The notes under the pieces are model-generated. The model was not told the DNA's origin and did no database searches. It worked only from the letters and a program-made list of their open reading frames with translations. Of a stretch of DNA of 64,000 bases, positions 11,225 through 21,420 are shown in pieces. Source of the DNA: an uncultured Alphaproteobacteria bacterium. GTDB taxonomy: Bacteria > Pseudomonadota > Alphaproteobacteria > RF32 > CAG-239. The position numbers and the translations under genes are program-made. Position 1 is the stretch's first letter, and every line of letters starts with the position of its first letter. Location of the stretch: NCBI GenBank assembly GCA_934271715.1, contig CAKQRZ010000006.1:30218-94217 (forward strand), in the 5' to 3' direction.

Positions 11225-11941
11225 ATGAAAAATCTTAATTTTTTACTGACTAAAAAATGGATTGGCGCGGCAGTTTTTATTTTATACTGCCTGCTCTATT
11301 CAGCCTATTGCATGGTTGCCGTAAACGACGCTGTTATGCAATATATGCCGACTGTAAAAGTAAATATTTCCGACTTTTTGCCGATTACGATTGAAAACGG
11401 CATGATTACTAAGCCGGAAAACGCCATAATAGAACGCACTTACGGCTCGGATGATGATAAATTCAAGGTTGTTTTAGATACCCGTACCGAAGAATTTGAG
11501 CCGTCTCTTTTGCAGGTTACGGGCTTGTACATCAGCCGCTCAGCGCTTTACACCGTAAACAGCAACAAAAATGAAGTCCGCATTAACAGCCTGCGCGATG
11601 TTCCGAATATGGTAATTGACGACGAAATTATGAACGCCGTCGTTACCGCCGTAGAGGGATATATTAAGCCGGTTATTTTCGGTTTTGTTATGTTCTGGGT
11701 AATAGTTGCCGGTCTGGTAACTATGGGGCTGTATTCTTTGGTATTGCATTGGATTATGTCGGCAATTTATAAAGCACCGTACCGCCAAACCCTGCGCCTG
11801 ACTGTTTACAGCTATATCGTATTGAGCCTGCTGGGCAATCTGTTTACCATACCGCATTTATTTATTTTAGGATTTATTGTTGCGGCTATAGTTAACTTTG
11901 CGGTAAACATGGTACAAAAGCAAAAAGAAGCTCAAGCTTAA
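11225..11941 (+). CDS. hypothetical membrane protein
   Basis: 238 aa with several hydrophobic helices and a GGAG-type RBS. Confidence 0.55.
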   Translation: MKNLNFLLTKKWIGAAVFILYCLLYSAYCMVAVNDAVMQYMPTVKVNISDFLPITIENGMITKPENAIIERTYGSDDDKFKVVLDTRTEEFEPSLLQVTGLYISRSALYTVNSNKNEVRINSLRDVPNMVIDDEIMNAVVTAVEGYIKPVIFGFVMFWVIVAGLVTMGLYSLVLHWIMSAIYKAPYRQTLRLTVYSYIVLSLLGNLFTIPHLFILGFIVAAIVNFAVNMVQKQKEAQA

Positions 11942-12063
11942 CCATAAATTTTTATGACAAACAGCTCCGGTGCAAAGCGGGGCTGTTTTTTATTTTATAA
12001 AATACAAATTTTAATATTGACTTTTGGCAGTTTTGAATGTATTAACTATTCTGTTACCATAAT

Positions 12064-12141
12064 GGCGGATGTAGCTCAGTTGGTTAGAGCGCTGGTTTGT
12101 GGTACCAGATGTCGAGAGTTCAAATCCCTTCATCCGCCCCA
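12064..12141 (+). tRNA. tRNA-His (anticodon GTG)
   Basis: Manual cloverleaf: G-1 plus acceptor gcggatg/catccgc, D arm gctc..gagc, anticodon stem ctggt/accag with loop ttGTGgt, T loop ttcaaat, discriminator C, encoded CCA. There is one A-C mismatch in the T stem. Confidence 0.9.
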
Positions 12142-12147
12142 ATTCAT

Positions 12148-12179
12148 AAAAGACACTTTGCAAAAAGTGTCTTTTTTTG
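12148..12179 (+). terminator. rho-independent terminator after tRNA-His
   Basis: Hairpin aagacacttt / aaagtgtctt followed by a T7 run. Confidence 0.75.
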
Positions 12180-12250
12180 TATCAAAAATTATCTTTACTT
12201 TCGGGTTTTATTTCAGTAAAATATATATCGGATAGATGATAGTCTATCTA

Positions 12251-12431
12251 GGGCGTAGCAACCCTTTATCAGTATAGTCGTTACGCATAAACGACTTAAA
12301 TTTGTTATGCCGATTTCTGTTCGTTGGACGGATGTCGGCTGAATATGGCTATGCGCCGAATAGGCCGAGCCGTTTATACTGATACGGTTTGCTAACATCC
12401 GCCCGCTTTTATTACGGCGGGTTTTGTTTTT
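12251..12431 (+). promoter_or_regulatory. structured leader RNA with intrinsic terminator upstream of pilin-like P1 (unclassified, riboswitch- or attenuator-like)
   Basis: Three-part long-range helix: gggcg 12251-55 with cgccc 12400-04, tagcaacc 12256-63 with ggtttgcta 12386-94, and tatcagtata 12267-76 with tatactgata 12375-84. It encloses about 98 nt containing the local hairpin gtcgtt-acgcata-aacgac. A GC stem cccgc/gcggg plus ttttgttttt ends at 12431. The outer helix shares nucleotides with the left arm of the terminator. Confidence 0.45.
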
Positions 12432-12459
12432 ATGTAACAAAATTAACGGAGTTAGAAAT

Positions 12460-13113
12460 ATGTATAAAAATTTTGAAAAAGGCCGCTCTATGATTGAAAT
12501 GCTCGGCGTGCTGGCAATTATCTGGGTGCTGAGTGTCGGCGGGATTGCCGGATATTCTAAGGCTATGGAGAAATTCAAAATCAATAAACTTATTGAAGAA
12601 TACAGCAATATTATCTTTCACTTAGTAGAACATGAAGAAAATATTTTGAGGTCTAATTCTGATAGTCAAACCGGACTTTCTGGTATTATGGAAGCAATGA
12701 ACATTGTTCCAAACACTTGGTCTAAAATAAATGAAGTTTCATATAAAGACGCGCATGGAAATATTATTTCAGTTTATTCTGTTTTGGCTGATTATGGTAA
12801 AATCATTGGTTTTGACATGTATTTAGGCGGTATTTCCCAAAACGAACAAGGCAATAGCATCAGCGCAAATTTTTCTAAAAAACTATGTTTTGAACTGCTC
12901 AGTACGTTTGCCAATTCTTTGCACTCACAGGTATATATAATATCGGTTGCACGACGCTCTAAATATTGGGAATCAAACGGACGCTGGGGCGATAATTATT
13001 GCGGTGATGAAGAGCATAAATGTCTGGCAGCTGCGACGATTTCTGATTTTCAAGACATGTGCAAATTCTGTGATGATAATGAAGGACAATGTAACATCGG
13101 AATAAGATTTTAG
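12460..13113 (+). CDS. type IV pilin/pseudopilin-like protein, paralog P1 (short 8-aa leader)
   Basis: GGAG RBS 8 nt upstream of the ATG at 12460. Leader MYKNFEKG, then RSMIEMLGVLAIIWVLSVGGIAGY (Gly at -1, Glu at +5, hydrophobic helix). C-terminal C-x6-C-x12-C-x2-C-x6-C module. Confidence 0.8.
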   Translation: MYKNFEKGRSMIEMLGVLAIIWVLSVGGIAGYSKAMEKFKINKLIEEYSNIIFHLVEHEENILRSNSDSQTGLSGIMEAMNIVPNTWSKINEVSYKDAHGNIISVYSVLADYGKIIGFDMYLGGISQNEQGNSISANFSKKLCFELLSTFANSLHSQVYIISVARRSKYWESNGRWGDNYCGDEEHKCLAAATISDFQDMCKFCDDNEGQCNIGIRF

Positions 13114-13118
13114 GATAT

Positions 13119-13165
13119 AAAAAAAGCAGACACCCTGCATTGCCGCAGCAACACAGGGTGTTTTA
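13119..13165. terminator. bidirectional terminator between P1 and groEL
   Basis: Hairpin acaccctg / cagggtgt flanked by A and T runs. Confidence 0.65.
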
Positions 13166-13180
13166 TAATCTGGAGGATTA

Positions 13181-14827
<1,647 letters not shown>

Positions 14828-14841
14828 TTACCTTTCGCAGA

Positions 14842-15129
14842 TTATTCTATAATTGCCAAAATATCAGATTCGTTAACAATCAAACGGGATTCGCCGTTGA
14901 CTTTGATTTCGGTGCCGGCCCATTTGCCAAACAAAACGCGGTCGCCTGCTTTAACAGACAAAGCGATAATTTTTCCGTCCGGCGCAACGCGTCCGTTGCC
15001 GACAGCCTCTACAACGCCCTCAGACGGTTTTTCTTTGGCTGTATCCGGAATAATGATACCGCCGGCGGTTTTTGTTTCTTCATCTACACGTTTAATCAAA
15101 ACTTTATCGTGCAATGGTTTGATGTTCAT
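14842..15129 (-). CDS. groES: co-chaperonin GroES
   Basis: [15 protein letters not shown]..., with an AGGAG RBS 7 nt upstream of this ATG. The longer ORF start was rejected. Confidence 0.95.
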   Translation of the reverse strand: MNIKPLHDKVLIKRVDEETKTAGGIIIPDTAKEKPSEGVVEAVGNGRVAPDGKIIALSVKAGDRVLFGKWAGTEIKVNGESRLIVNESDILAIIE

Positions 15130-15220
15130 TTTAATACTCCTAAACAAATAGTTTTACTTAACTACTTGTTTAGTTAGTGTCCGCAAAATGCGATGTCAAG
15201 AAGCTGCATAAAATTTTTTG

Positions 15221-15934
15221 CTAAATTCCAAACAAAAAGATGCAGACAAACAATGTGGAATAGACGATTGACGGTCCGAACGGCCCTACCCTTTGTTTTT
15301 TGATTAAGCAGCCTAGAGCAAACAAAATGCAGGAACCAAGCAGAATATATGAAATAGGCTCCAGTCCGACCCAAGCGCCGATAGCCGCCAAAAGCTTGAT
15401 ATCTCCGCCGCCGAACGCATCCGGATATTTCCAGACTAAAAACATGCTGGCGACAACCGGCATCAGATAGCCGGCGCAGGCGCCCATAAAGCTGTTCTGC
15501 GCATTGCTGACAAGCTGCGGGTCTATTGTATCAAGCCACACACCGTTAACCGCCGCATAGCCGAATCCCAAAACCAGCAGAGGCAGCGTCAAAACATCCG
15601 GCAGCAGCATAAAGCGCTTGTCAATTTCCACCAACAGCAGCATAATCCACAAAAAAGCAATGTACCAGCCGGTGTAATACGGGTCAAAATTGACGGCGAA
15701 CAAATAGGTCACGGCGGCGGTAAAAATTCCCCAGCCCAGACTTCTCATCATATAGCTTTTAAACAGCTGCATATATTCAAAATCATTTTTCAGCTTGCTC
15801 CACGGCATGCAATGCTGCGGAATAAAAATTTTAAGCAAAATATAGCCCATGGTCCCCGGCATAAGCTTGCCCAAGCGGCGTGCCAAATAGGGAATTAAAC
15901 AGCCGAAAATAAAACCTGCAATAATATAAAGCAT
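15221..15934 (-). CDS. prepilin peptidase (A24 aspartic peptidase family), no obvious N-terminal Cys-rich/methyltransferase-type region
   Basis: Polytopic membrane protein with the two catalytic Asp contexts VEIDKRFMLLPD and GGGDIKLLAAIGAWVG. Confidence 0.8.
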   Translation of the reverse strand: MLYIIAGFIFGCLIPYLARRLGKLMPGTMGYILLKIFIPQHCMPWSKLKNDFEYMQLFKSYMMRSLGWGIFTAAVTYLFAVNFDPYYTGWYIAFLWIMLLLVEIDKRFMLLPDVLTLPLLVLGFGYAAVNGVWLDTIDPQLVSNAQNSFMGACAGYLMPVVASMFLVWKYPDAFGGGDIKLLAAIGAWVGLEPISYILLGSCILFALGCLIKKQRVGPFGPSIVYSTLFVCIFLFGI

Positions 15935-16094
15935 AACAACCTCCGTTAATTAACTTGTGCGGAATATAACAAAAAAATCATAAAATTTTATTAAAAATAC
16001 TTGAATCTTTGACTTTTTTGTTGTACAAAGCCATTACTGACGGCACCCCTGGAGGCCGTCGGCTTATTTCTCTATATTTAGTAAGGATAAAAAA

Positions 16095-16385
16095 ATGACT
16101 GAAATTACTTTTAATGCAAAAAAGCGTGAAAAAGCAGGTAAGGGGGCAGCTCGTGCATGTCGTCGTGAGGGCCGCGTTCCTGCCGTTATTTACGGCGGTA
16201 AAAAAGATGCTGTTTTAATCAGCCTTGACCCTGTAGAATTGGAAAAAGCTTTGGATTTGAGAGATTTCTACAAATCTGAAATTGTTGTTGATGTTGAAGG
16301 CAAAAAAGTTAAAGCTGTTTGCCAAGACGTTCAATTCCATCCGGTTTCTGACAAGCCTATTCACGTTGATTTTATGCGTAAATAA
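16095..16385 (+). CDS. rplY: 50S ribosomal protein L25 (short form)
   Basis: 96 aa, KAGKGAARACRREGRVPAVIYGG, located upstream of pth as in many bacteria. Confidence 0.8.
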   Translation: MTEITFNAKKREKAGKGAARACRREGRVPAVIYGGKKDAVLISLDPVELEKALDLRDFYKSEIVVDVEGKKVKAVCQDVQFHPVSDKPIHVDFMRK

Positions 16386-16394
16386 GAGGTGACG

Positions 16395-16973
16395 ATGTTT
16401 TTGGTGGTTGGTCTGGGCAATCCGGGGACGGAATATGCGGCTACCCGCCATAATGTTGGATTTATGGCGGCTGATGAGCTTCATCACCGCTATAATTTTT
16501 CACCGTTTCGCTCTAAATTTGACGGTTTAATCGCCGAGGGAAACATTGAAGGCGAAAAAGTTTATCTGCTGAAACCGCAGACATTTATGAACCTTTCCGG
16601 CAACAGCGTTGTCAAAGCGGCTAATTTTTATAAGATTCTGCCGCAGAATATTGTGGTTATCCATGATGATATGGATTTGCCGACAGACAAGATTAAAGCC
16701 AAGCTCGGGGGCGGCGCCGGCGGTCATAACGGACTTAAAAGCATAGATTCCTGCATTACTCCGAATTACAACCGCATCCGCATTGGTATCGGACACCCGC
16801 AAAACCGCGATGCCGACAGCATTGTCAATCATGTTCTTTCCGGCTTTTCCAAAGCAGATAAAGCAAATCTGGAAACCAATATTGATTTGGTTGCCGACTT
16901 AATCGGCGTGCTTTTCAAAAAAGGAATTGCCGAGTTTTCTAACCAGCTGGGCTTAAAGCTAAACCATAAATAA
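16395..16973 (+). CDS. pth: peptidyl-tRNA hydrolase
   Basis: LVVGLGNPGTEYAATRHNVGF and GGHNGLKSI motifs. The start could instead be the GTG at 16389. Confidence 0.93.
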   Translation: MFLVVGLGNPGTEYAATRHNVGFMAADELHHRYNFSPFRSKFDGLIAEGNIEGEKVYLLKPQTFMNLSGNSVVKAANFYKILPQNIVVIHDDMDLPTDKIKAKLGGGAGGHNGLKSIDSCITPNYNRIRIGIGHPQNRDADSIVNHVLSGFSKADKANLETNIDLVADLIGVLFKKGIAEFSNQLGLKLNHK

Positions 16974-16975
16974 CT

Positions 16976-17578
16976 TTATTTGAAAATCTTAAAGCGTCCG
17001 GCAATCGGTAAAAATGTTTTTTCCGCCGGTGTTTTTTCTATACTGCCAAACGGCATCTGCGCCAAAATTTGCCAATTATCCGGTAAGCTTAGCATCTTTT
17101 TGACATCCGCTTCAATCAGCTCATTATAATGCTGCAGCGAAGCGCCGATTTCATTTTCGGCCAAAGCCTGCCAAACCATATATTGCAGCATGCCGTTGGC
17201 CTCAAAAGTCCAGTCATGCATATTTTTTTGATACAGCGGAAAATCTTTCTGCAGCTTTTCCATAGTGTCTAAGTCTTCAAAAAACAAAATTGTGCCGTAA
17301 GCGGCGGCAAACGAATTTATTTTTTGCGTCACGCTTTCTTTTTTATTAAACGGCGCTGCCGCTAAAACTTTTTGCAGCACTAAATTCCAAAAGTCCGCAT
17401 GATATTGATTTAAGAGCAAAACCAAACGCGCAGACTGCGCATTAAACGGCGTCGGACAGTTTTTCAGGCAGTCTTTTAAAGTGTCTTCCAAACAAAAATC
17501 GGTCACAACGCGGGTATGCCCCAAAGCATATACCGAACGGCGGCGGATTAAACTATCCTGTTCAATACAATATGTCAT
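16976..17578 (-). CDS. nitroreductase-family protein
   Basis: RRRSVYALG N-terminal motif and matching size. AAGGAG RBS upstream of the ATG at 17578. Confidence 0.55.
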   Translation of the reverse strand: MTYCIEQDSLIRRRSVYALGHTRVVTDFCLEDTLKDCLKNCPTPFNAQSARLVLLLNQYHADFWNLVLQKVLAAAPFNKKESVTQKINSFAAAYGTILFFEDLDTMEKLQKDFPLYQKNMHDWTFEANGMLQYMVWQALAENEIGASLQHYNELIEADVKKMLSLPDNWQILAQMPFGSIEKTPAEKTFLPIAGRFKIFK

Positions 17579-17631
17579 TTTGCAATCTCCTTTACGGCAA
17601 AGAGATATGCCCTGCCCCGGCGATTTCAAGC

Positions 17632-18969
17632 CTAGCCGATGTAGTTTCTGATTTTTAAAATTGAGCGGCTGACATTTTTAACAGCAGATTTCAAGTTTAA
17701 GTCATTATAGACTTCCAGCGCCGAATTAAAATAGTTGCGGGCTTCTTCCATCAGCTTGTCATCATCATTCTGCTTGCCCAGCAAATAAAAAATATTGCCG
17801 ATTTTTTCCTGAATTTCCGCCCAAGCCACCGGCTCATTATTCTGCATATAAATTTTTTGCTGATTTTTATAAGCTTCAATAGCCAGCTGCATCAGCTCAT
17901 TGCTTTTTGTCTGCATGCCCAAAGCCGTCAGATAGTTGCCGAGATAGCCCTCTATCCGGCACCAAGAAGCCGGAAACTGCGCCAAAGAATACACTTTTTC
18001 AGCTTCGCGCAATTTAGACACCGCGTCGCGCAAAGCCTGCAAATCGGCGGTATATTTCCAATATTCATAATGCAGTAAAGCCAGATGATAAGAAATAAGC
18101 CCGTAGTCATAAGGATAATTGCGGTTCAGATTCTTCTGCGCCGTCTGATAGCTGGAAATTGCCAATTTCAAATATTCGGCCGAATTTGCCCTATTTTGCA
18201 AAAATGCCGCTTCATAGAGCTGCCCTAAATTGTTATAAATGCAGCCGTAATAAATAGGCAGCCGCATAAACTGTTTATTTTTCAGCGCCGTATCAAAGAG
18301 GTTTTGGATAATTTCCACATCTTTCAGGCTCAGATTATCGCGGGTGTTGCACAAATAGATTTTACCCAGCATATTCATAATATAGGGCATAAACTCTTTT
18401 TGAATATCCTTAGGCGATTTGTCGGCCGAAAGCAGGGCTATCAGCTCGCTCAAAACCTTAGGCTGGCGGCGGCGCTGCTCATTGGTAACCGGAGTTATAG
18501 CCGCCACGATAATCCCATATATCAACAGCAGCAGCGACTCCGAAAAATTGTTGGTATCCGTCAGATAATTCAACGGAATAAACAGGCTGTCCAAAAGCGA
18601 AAATGACAGACTGTTCGGAATTACATATTGGTTATCCACCTGAAAATTCAGCCGGATTTTGCCGTCTTCTTCATAGCCCCAAATCACTATATCCGCACCG
18701 GTTGAACTCAAAATCTTATTGCCGCGGTCAATAAAATCAAAAAAGTTGCGGCTTTGCAAATTCAAAAAGCTTTTAGCAAACGGTTCATTAAAAAAAGTCA
18801 CGCTGAACAAATTACTTTGTTTTAAAAGTTCGGCAAAGCGTAGGCCGCAGTTGAGGCTGCATTTATCCTCAAACGCCACTACCGTAACCCGAAACAGCCC
18901 CGTTTCTTCTTTCTTTTTCTGCGGAGCCAGCAAATTACATATATTCAGCAAATTCGGCGAAAACGACAT
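17632..18969 (-). CDS. TPR-like repeat protein
   Basis: 445 aa with repeated helical A..Y/L..A patterns in the C-terminal half. Abuts the upstream membrane protein gene. Confidence 0.55.
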   Translation of the reverse strand: MSFSPNLLNICNLLAPQKKKEETGLFRVTVVAFEDKCSLNCGLRFAELLKQSNLFSVTFFNEPFAKSFLNLQSRNFFDFIDRGNKILSSTGADIVIWGYEEDGKIRLNFQVDNQYVIPNSLSFSLLDSLFIPLNYLTDTNNFSESLLLLIYGIIVAAITPVTNEQRRRQPKVLSELIALLSADKSPKDIQKEFMPYIMNMLGKIYLCNTRDNLSLKDVEIIQNLFDTALKNKQFMRLPIYYGCIYNNLGQLYEAAFLQNRANSAEYLKLAISSYQTAQKNLNRNYPYDYGLISYHLALLHYEYWKYTADLQALRDAVSKLREAEKVYSLAQFPASWCRIEGYLGNYLTALGMQTKSNELMQLAIEAYKNQQKIYMQNNEPVAWAEIQEKIGNIFYLLGKQNDDDKLMEEARNYFNSALEVYNDLNLKSAVKNVSRSILKIRNYIG

Positions 18970-20094
18970 TTATTTTTCCTTTTTCCGAGCTGTGGTTTTG
19001 CGTTTTCTGCCAGTTTTGGCGGCTTTAGCCGGCGTGTTCAATGATTTTATATCGTTATGAATATCGGATATATTTTTTTTGACATCGGCAATAAATTCCT
19101 GATTGATTTTTTTCAGGCTGCTGTCAAACGGGTGCAGCATGGTATAGCCAAGCCAGCTCATTATGCCGAAACCGATAATGACAAGGCTGTACTGATTTAT
19201 AGCAAACAGCTGGAACCAGCCGATTAACAGGCTTATACTGCAGATTTTTGCCACGCTGCGCACCAAAAAATTCAGGCTGTATTTATAGGCGGCCTGCGCG
19301 CTGTTGGTATTTTCAAACAAAGCGCCGGATTTTACGGCAACAAATTTGTTCCAAACCGCAAAAAATAACTCACTCCAGAAAAACGTGGTAAAAATCACGC
19401 AGGAGCTAAAGCTGTATTCGCCCGAATCCAACAGCATCAGCGCCGCAATCAAATAGGCCAGCGCACAGCAGGAACCGTTGTCTAACGGAACCCGCACCGT
19501 ATTCAGATTGATGCAGAAATAGCCGCCTAAGGTGCCTATCAGCAAGGCAGAGCATAAGGTTATATATAAAGGAGCGGCTGAAAATAGAAACAGCACCGCC
19601 ATGCCGAGCAAGGTTACAACCGACGGAACTATAACAATGTGCGGCAGAAAGTTCAATACTCCGTAAAAAATACAAAAGACAGAAAAGAAAACTATTAAGC
19701 ATAATCTGGCTGCCCAAACATTGTGCATGCCGTATGAAAAACCGTCGCCGAGCGGCTGCAGAAATACCGTTGCAGCGACGCAGGCCGAAACAATCAGCCC
19801 ATAACGCCAGCCTGAGCAGAACATGGATGCTATAAAAATAACCGCGGCAAATAATAACGGCAAAAAAGCACGGGCGGCAGTTAAAGGCTCAATAAAATCA
19901 TTATGCTCAAAAAAGTAATATACAAAAACCGTGCCGACCGCATAAAACATATAAATATAGCTGAAAGGCAGCATTGTCGGCTTAACCTGCAAGGTTTGCT
20001 GATATTTGTTGGCAATAGGCGTAAACACCAGCAGCATTGCCGCAAAACCCGCCAATACCAACAACATAAAGATAATTATACTTGTATTGAACAT
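18970..20094 (-). CDS. polytopic membrane protein with basic C-terminal tail
   Basis: 374 aa, about 9-10 hydrophobic helices, tail AKAAKTGRKRKTTARKKEK. Confidence 0.55.
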   Translation of the reverse strand: MFNTSIIIFMLLVLAGFAAMLLVFTPIANKYQQTLQVKPTMLPFSYIYMFYAVGTVFVYYFFEHNDFIEPLTAARAFLPLLFAAVIFIASMFCSGWRYGLIVSACVAATVFLQPLGDGFSYGMHNVWAARLCLIVFFSVFCIFYGVLNFLPHIVIVPSVVTLLGMAVLFLFSAAPLYITLCSALLIGTLGGYFCINLNTVRVPLDNGSCCALAYLIAALMLLDSGEYSFSSCVIFTTFFWSELFFAVWNKFVAVKSGALFENTNSAQAAYKYSLNFLVRSVAKICSISLLIGWFQLFAINQYSLVIIGFGIMSWLGYTMLHPFDSSLKKINQEFIADVKKNISDIHNDIKSLNTPAKAAKTGRKRKTTARKKEK

Positions 20095-20136
20095 ATTTTA
20101 TACTCCCTCTTTTGAAGCCAGTATAAACGTAATTTG

Positions 20137-21420
20137 TTAAATTATTCTTTTCAATTTACAAATAAAAAATGAATCCATTCCATTTTGCGAAGTTGCGTAA
20201 AATGGCAGCGTACGGATAAATCCCTGAGAAGTGATAAGCGCGTCTTTCCATTTGCCGAAAATGGAAATTTGTTCATCTTGAATCGGACAGATTTTAAATT
20301 CAGAGTGTTTTTTTACAAATTCTGCGATTTGTATTTCACCTTCTTCTTTGGCAATTGAACAAGTGCTGTAAACAAGTTCTCCGCCGATTTTCAGCGCTGA
20401 TTTGCAGGAGCTGAGCAGCTGTTTTTGCAAAGCGGCTTGCTGAACCACATCATCTTTGGTTTTGATATAAAGCACTTCGGGATGGCGGCGAAAAGTTCCT
20501 GTCGCCGAACAAGGCGCATCAAGCAAAATAATGTCAAATTGCTCGGTATTATTCTGTAAAAATTCCAAAGCATCGGCAGCGATGGTCTTGACATTTTCCA
20601 GCCCTAAACGTTTCATGTTTTGCTTTAAAGTTTCCAAACGTTCAGCGGAAATATCAATAGCCGTAACATCGGCGCCGCTGTCGGCAAGCTGCGCGGTTTT
20701 TCCGCCGGGAGCAGCGCACAAATCCAGAGCTTTTAAGCCGTGCAAATCTTTAGGCAAAGTCTGCACCGGCAGGCTGGCGGCAGCATCCTGCACCCACCAA
20801 GCGCCGTCATTATAGCCGGCAAGCAGCGGAATTTTCGGATTATTGTATAAACGCAGCGAACCATTCGGCAATAAATCAGCGTGTAATTTTTCCGCCCAGT
20901 CAGCCGGATTTTCTTTTACGGTAATGTCCAGCGGAGGCAAAATATTAAGGCTTTGAGCTGTTTGTTTTATTTCGGCATCGGAATACCCATCTAAAATTTG
21001 TAAAAAATTTCCCGGAAGGGGATTTATTGTTTCTATTTTTTTTAATAAAGCTTCTTTCTGCGCAGAAATTTTTCGTAAAACGGCGTTAGCCAGTCCGCCG
21101 AGAAAGCGGTCTGTCGTGTGGCGGATATTTGCTACAGTTTCGTTAATAACCGCATACGGAGCAGTTTGCATATATAAAATTTCACATTCCGCCAATATAA
21201 GCAGATATTCGGCAAAACGATGTTTATGGGGAATTTTTTTGCTTAAAAAGGAATGCAAAACCGCATGCAGCGCAACATAACGCCGCAATGCGGTCAGAAT
21301 TAGCATATTGGCAAAAGGCAAATCTTTTTCGGAGAATTGCTTTTTAAGCTCTCTGAAAAAGACCTTATCCTCTAAGATGGATTGCAGAGTTTGTGCTGCT
21401 TTAATTCTTAGATTCTGCAT
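20137..21420 (-). CDS. rsmB: 16S rRNA (cytosine967-C5)-methyltransferase RsmB-like
   Basis: NusB-like N-terminus, the SAM motif DLCAAPGGKT, and the catalytic DAPCSATGTFRRHPE motif. Confidence 0.85.
   Translation of the reverse strand: MQNLRIKAAQTLQSILEDKVFFRELKKQFSEKDLPFANMLILTALRRYVALHAVLHSFLSKKIPHKHRFAEYLLILAECEILYMQTAPYAVINETVANIRHTTDRFLGGLANAVLRKISAQKEALLKKIETINPLPGNFLQILDGYSDAEIKQTAQSLNILPPLDITVKENPADWAEKLHADLLPNGSLRLYNNPKIPLLAGYNDGAWWVQDAAASLPVQTLPKDLHGLKALDLCAAPGGKTAQLADSGADVTAIDISAERLETLKQNMKRLGLENVKTIAADALEFLQNNTEQFDIILLDAPCSATGTFRRHPEVLYIKTKDDVVQQAALQKQLLSSCKSALKIGGELVYSTCSIAKEEGEIQIAEFVKKHSEFKICPIQDEQISIFGKWKDALITSQGFIRTLPFYATSQNGMDSFFICKLKRII

Noticed and set aside
11954-12235. 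93-aa ORF spanning the tRNA-His gene.
   Set aside because: It overlaps a well-formed tRNA and its terminator and has no RBS.
12213-12608. 131-aa minus-strand ORF across the P1 leader and start.
   Set aside because: It is antisense to the conserved pilin N-terminus and to the structured leader. The other paralog loci show matching shadow ORFs (for example 53041-53241), so it is a frame artefact of the conserved block.
15148-15220. Search for a CIRCE element (TTAGCACTC-N9-GAGTGCTAA) or a clear sigma32 promoter upstream of groES.
   Set aside because: No CIRCE-like inverted repeat is present. There is only a weak CTTGAC...CACTAACT resemblance to a sigma32 promoter, not enough to call.
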